The notes under the pieces: model-generated | What the model saw: only the letters and a program-made list of their open reading frames with translations | What the model was told of the DNA's origin: nothing | Database searches by the model: none | Part shown: positions 62,700 through 64,000 of the stretch, piece after piece | How the letters are laid out: each line of letters opens with the position of its first letter | Numbering within the stretch: the first letter of the stretch is position 1 | Made by a program: the position numbers and the translations under genes | Assembly: GCA_964016885.1 (NCBI GenBank) | Contig: OZ024740.1 | Location: 427,552,001-427,616,000 of the forward strand | DNA from: Eledone cirrhosa | Taxonomy: Eukaryota | Direction of reading: 5' to 3' | Length of the DNA stretch: 64,000 nt

Positions 62700-63026
62700 A
62701 TAATTGTTTCTACTTTTGGCACAAGGCCAGCAAAAACCCAGTGTATTACTGGTACTTTATTTTATCGACCCCGTAAGGATGAAAGGCAAAGTTAACCTTG
62801 GCGGGATTTGAACCCAGAATGGCAAGAGCCGTAACTCTATGCGTCAAAGCATGGCGTCCGACCCTCTACCGATACTGCCAATCCCCTGCCCTAACATGGT
62901 GTCCGACCCTCTACCGATACTGCCAATCCCCTGCCCTAACATGGTGTCCGACCCTCTACCGATACTGCCAATCCCCTGCCCTAAAATGGTGTCCGACCCT
63001 CTACCGATACTGCCAATCCCCTGCCT
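62700..63026 (-). mobile_element. SINE family 1 with its 45-bp head repeated four times
   Basis: Units at 62851, 62896, 62941 and 62986; flanking duplication tagtgtg(g/a)gatataat. Confidence 0.9.
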
Positions 63027-63161
63027 AGTGTGAGATATAATGTGGTATGTGCTGCACTTTAAATTTGACTCAACATACTTTAAACTTGATATATAGTGTT
63101 ATTTATCTCTCTTTTTTTACCCCTTTTTTCATCTATCTGTTTTTTGCGTTTTTTGGGAACT

Positions 63162-63197
<36 letters not shown>

Positions 63198-64000
63198 AAT
63201 GAAGGAGTGTTTATCTCAGTATATATACACGAGCTGTTTGTGTGTTGATCGGCGTGCTAATGTATTTATGGTTGTACTTCAAGGTTCGTTAACGATGCTT
63301 CGCAATTGCTGTGAGGCAAAGTGTAGATTACCTTACACATAACCAACGAGAAAGCTCGTTATAGATACTCGACCTGCTAGAAATAGTAGCTAAATTTTTA
63401 ATATCATTCTTTACACTCTTGTAAATTAAAGGACGTATTGGATAACATAGTTCTATATTGACAGTGCCTGAGAAGAAGAAGAAAATAAAGAAAGAAACAA
63501 GAGTCATGTCTGAAAAGTCATTGATGTTTCTGAAGAAATCAATCTGAAGAAATGTTGCTGCTACCCATTCATTTATGACATAGGGCGAAGCAGATAAATA
63601 AATAGCTAGAGAAAAATGCATAGTGATACAGAATTTAAGACTATTCAACAGAATTCGTAATATAATCGGCTTGTCTCCCCACAGCCCAGGACGACAGAGT
63701 AGAGAAGGCGTTTCTCCGGGGGACGGAAAGGGAGACGCGCTGGAAAGTCATTGATTATAAGTTTATTCGATCAAAGTTAACCTGGGGGCTAAACGACAAC
63801 AATAACCATTCTCGTTTTGTTCCTCCATTCACATATCACTGGTTTCCTTTTCATTTAATCTCCACAGATTTAACCGCTACTGACATATCATTTATCAATT
63901 TACCACCTAAACCTCTAAATACTCCAACTCCCCTAACATCTCATATAGTATTAGACTGTCCATCCTTCTTTCCTACCTTGGTTCATGGCTTCTTCTCACA

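Noticed and set aside
62850-63026. CRISPR-like array
   Set aside because: Contiguous tandem units without unique spacers; sequence is a SINE head in a eukaryote

Overview
Eukaryotic, AT-rich, repeat-dominated DNA, most likely from an octopus/coleoid cephalopod (inferred from the SINE types and dense (TA)n tracts). No host gene can be called confidently, and nearly all supplied ORFs are microsatellite artefacts. The window holds four large Penelope-like retroelement (PLE) copies from three families (RT plus C-terminal GIY-YIG endonuclease, all disrupted), mostly bounded by outward-facing inverted pseudo-LTRs and sitting in (TA)n. It also holds two tRNA-derived SINE families, LINE (Tx1/RTE-like) fragments, a non-autonomous Helitron, MITE/mariner remnants and a 2.5-kb purine-rich minisatellite. 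The main hidden signal is about 25 minimal type-I hammerhead ribozyme (HHR) motifs from about ten sequence families, most with a palindromic stem III (dimer-type). They include recurrent non-canonical cores: UUGAUAA (compensatory U3:A8) and CCGANG (C4). Many lie in small non-coding fold-back elements, two of which have terminally redundant ~530 and ~593 nt monomers that look like retrozymes. Several fold-back junctions map to ribozyme landmarks (cleavage site, stem II). All structures were read by eye; none was folded computationally or tested.
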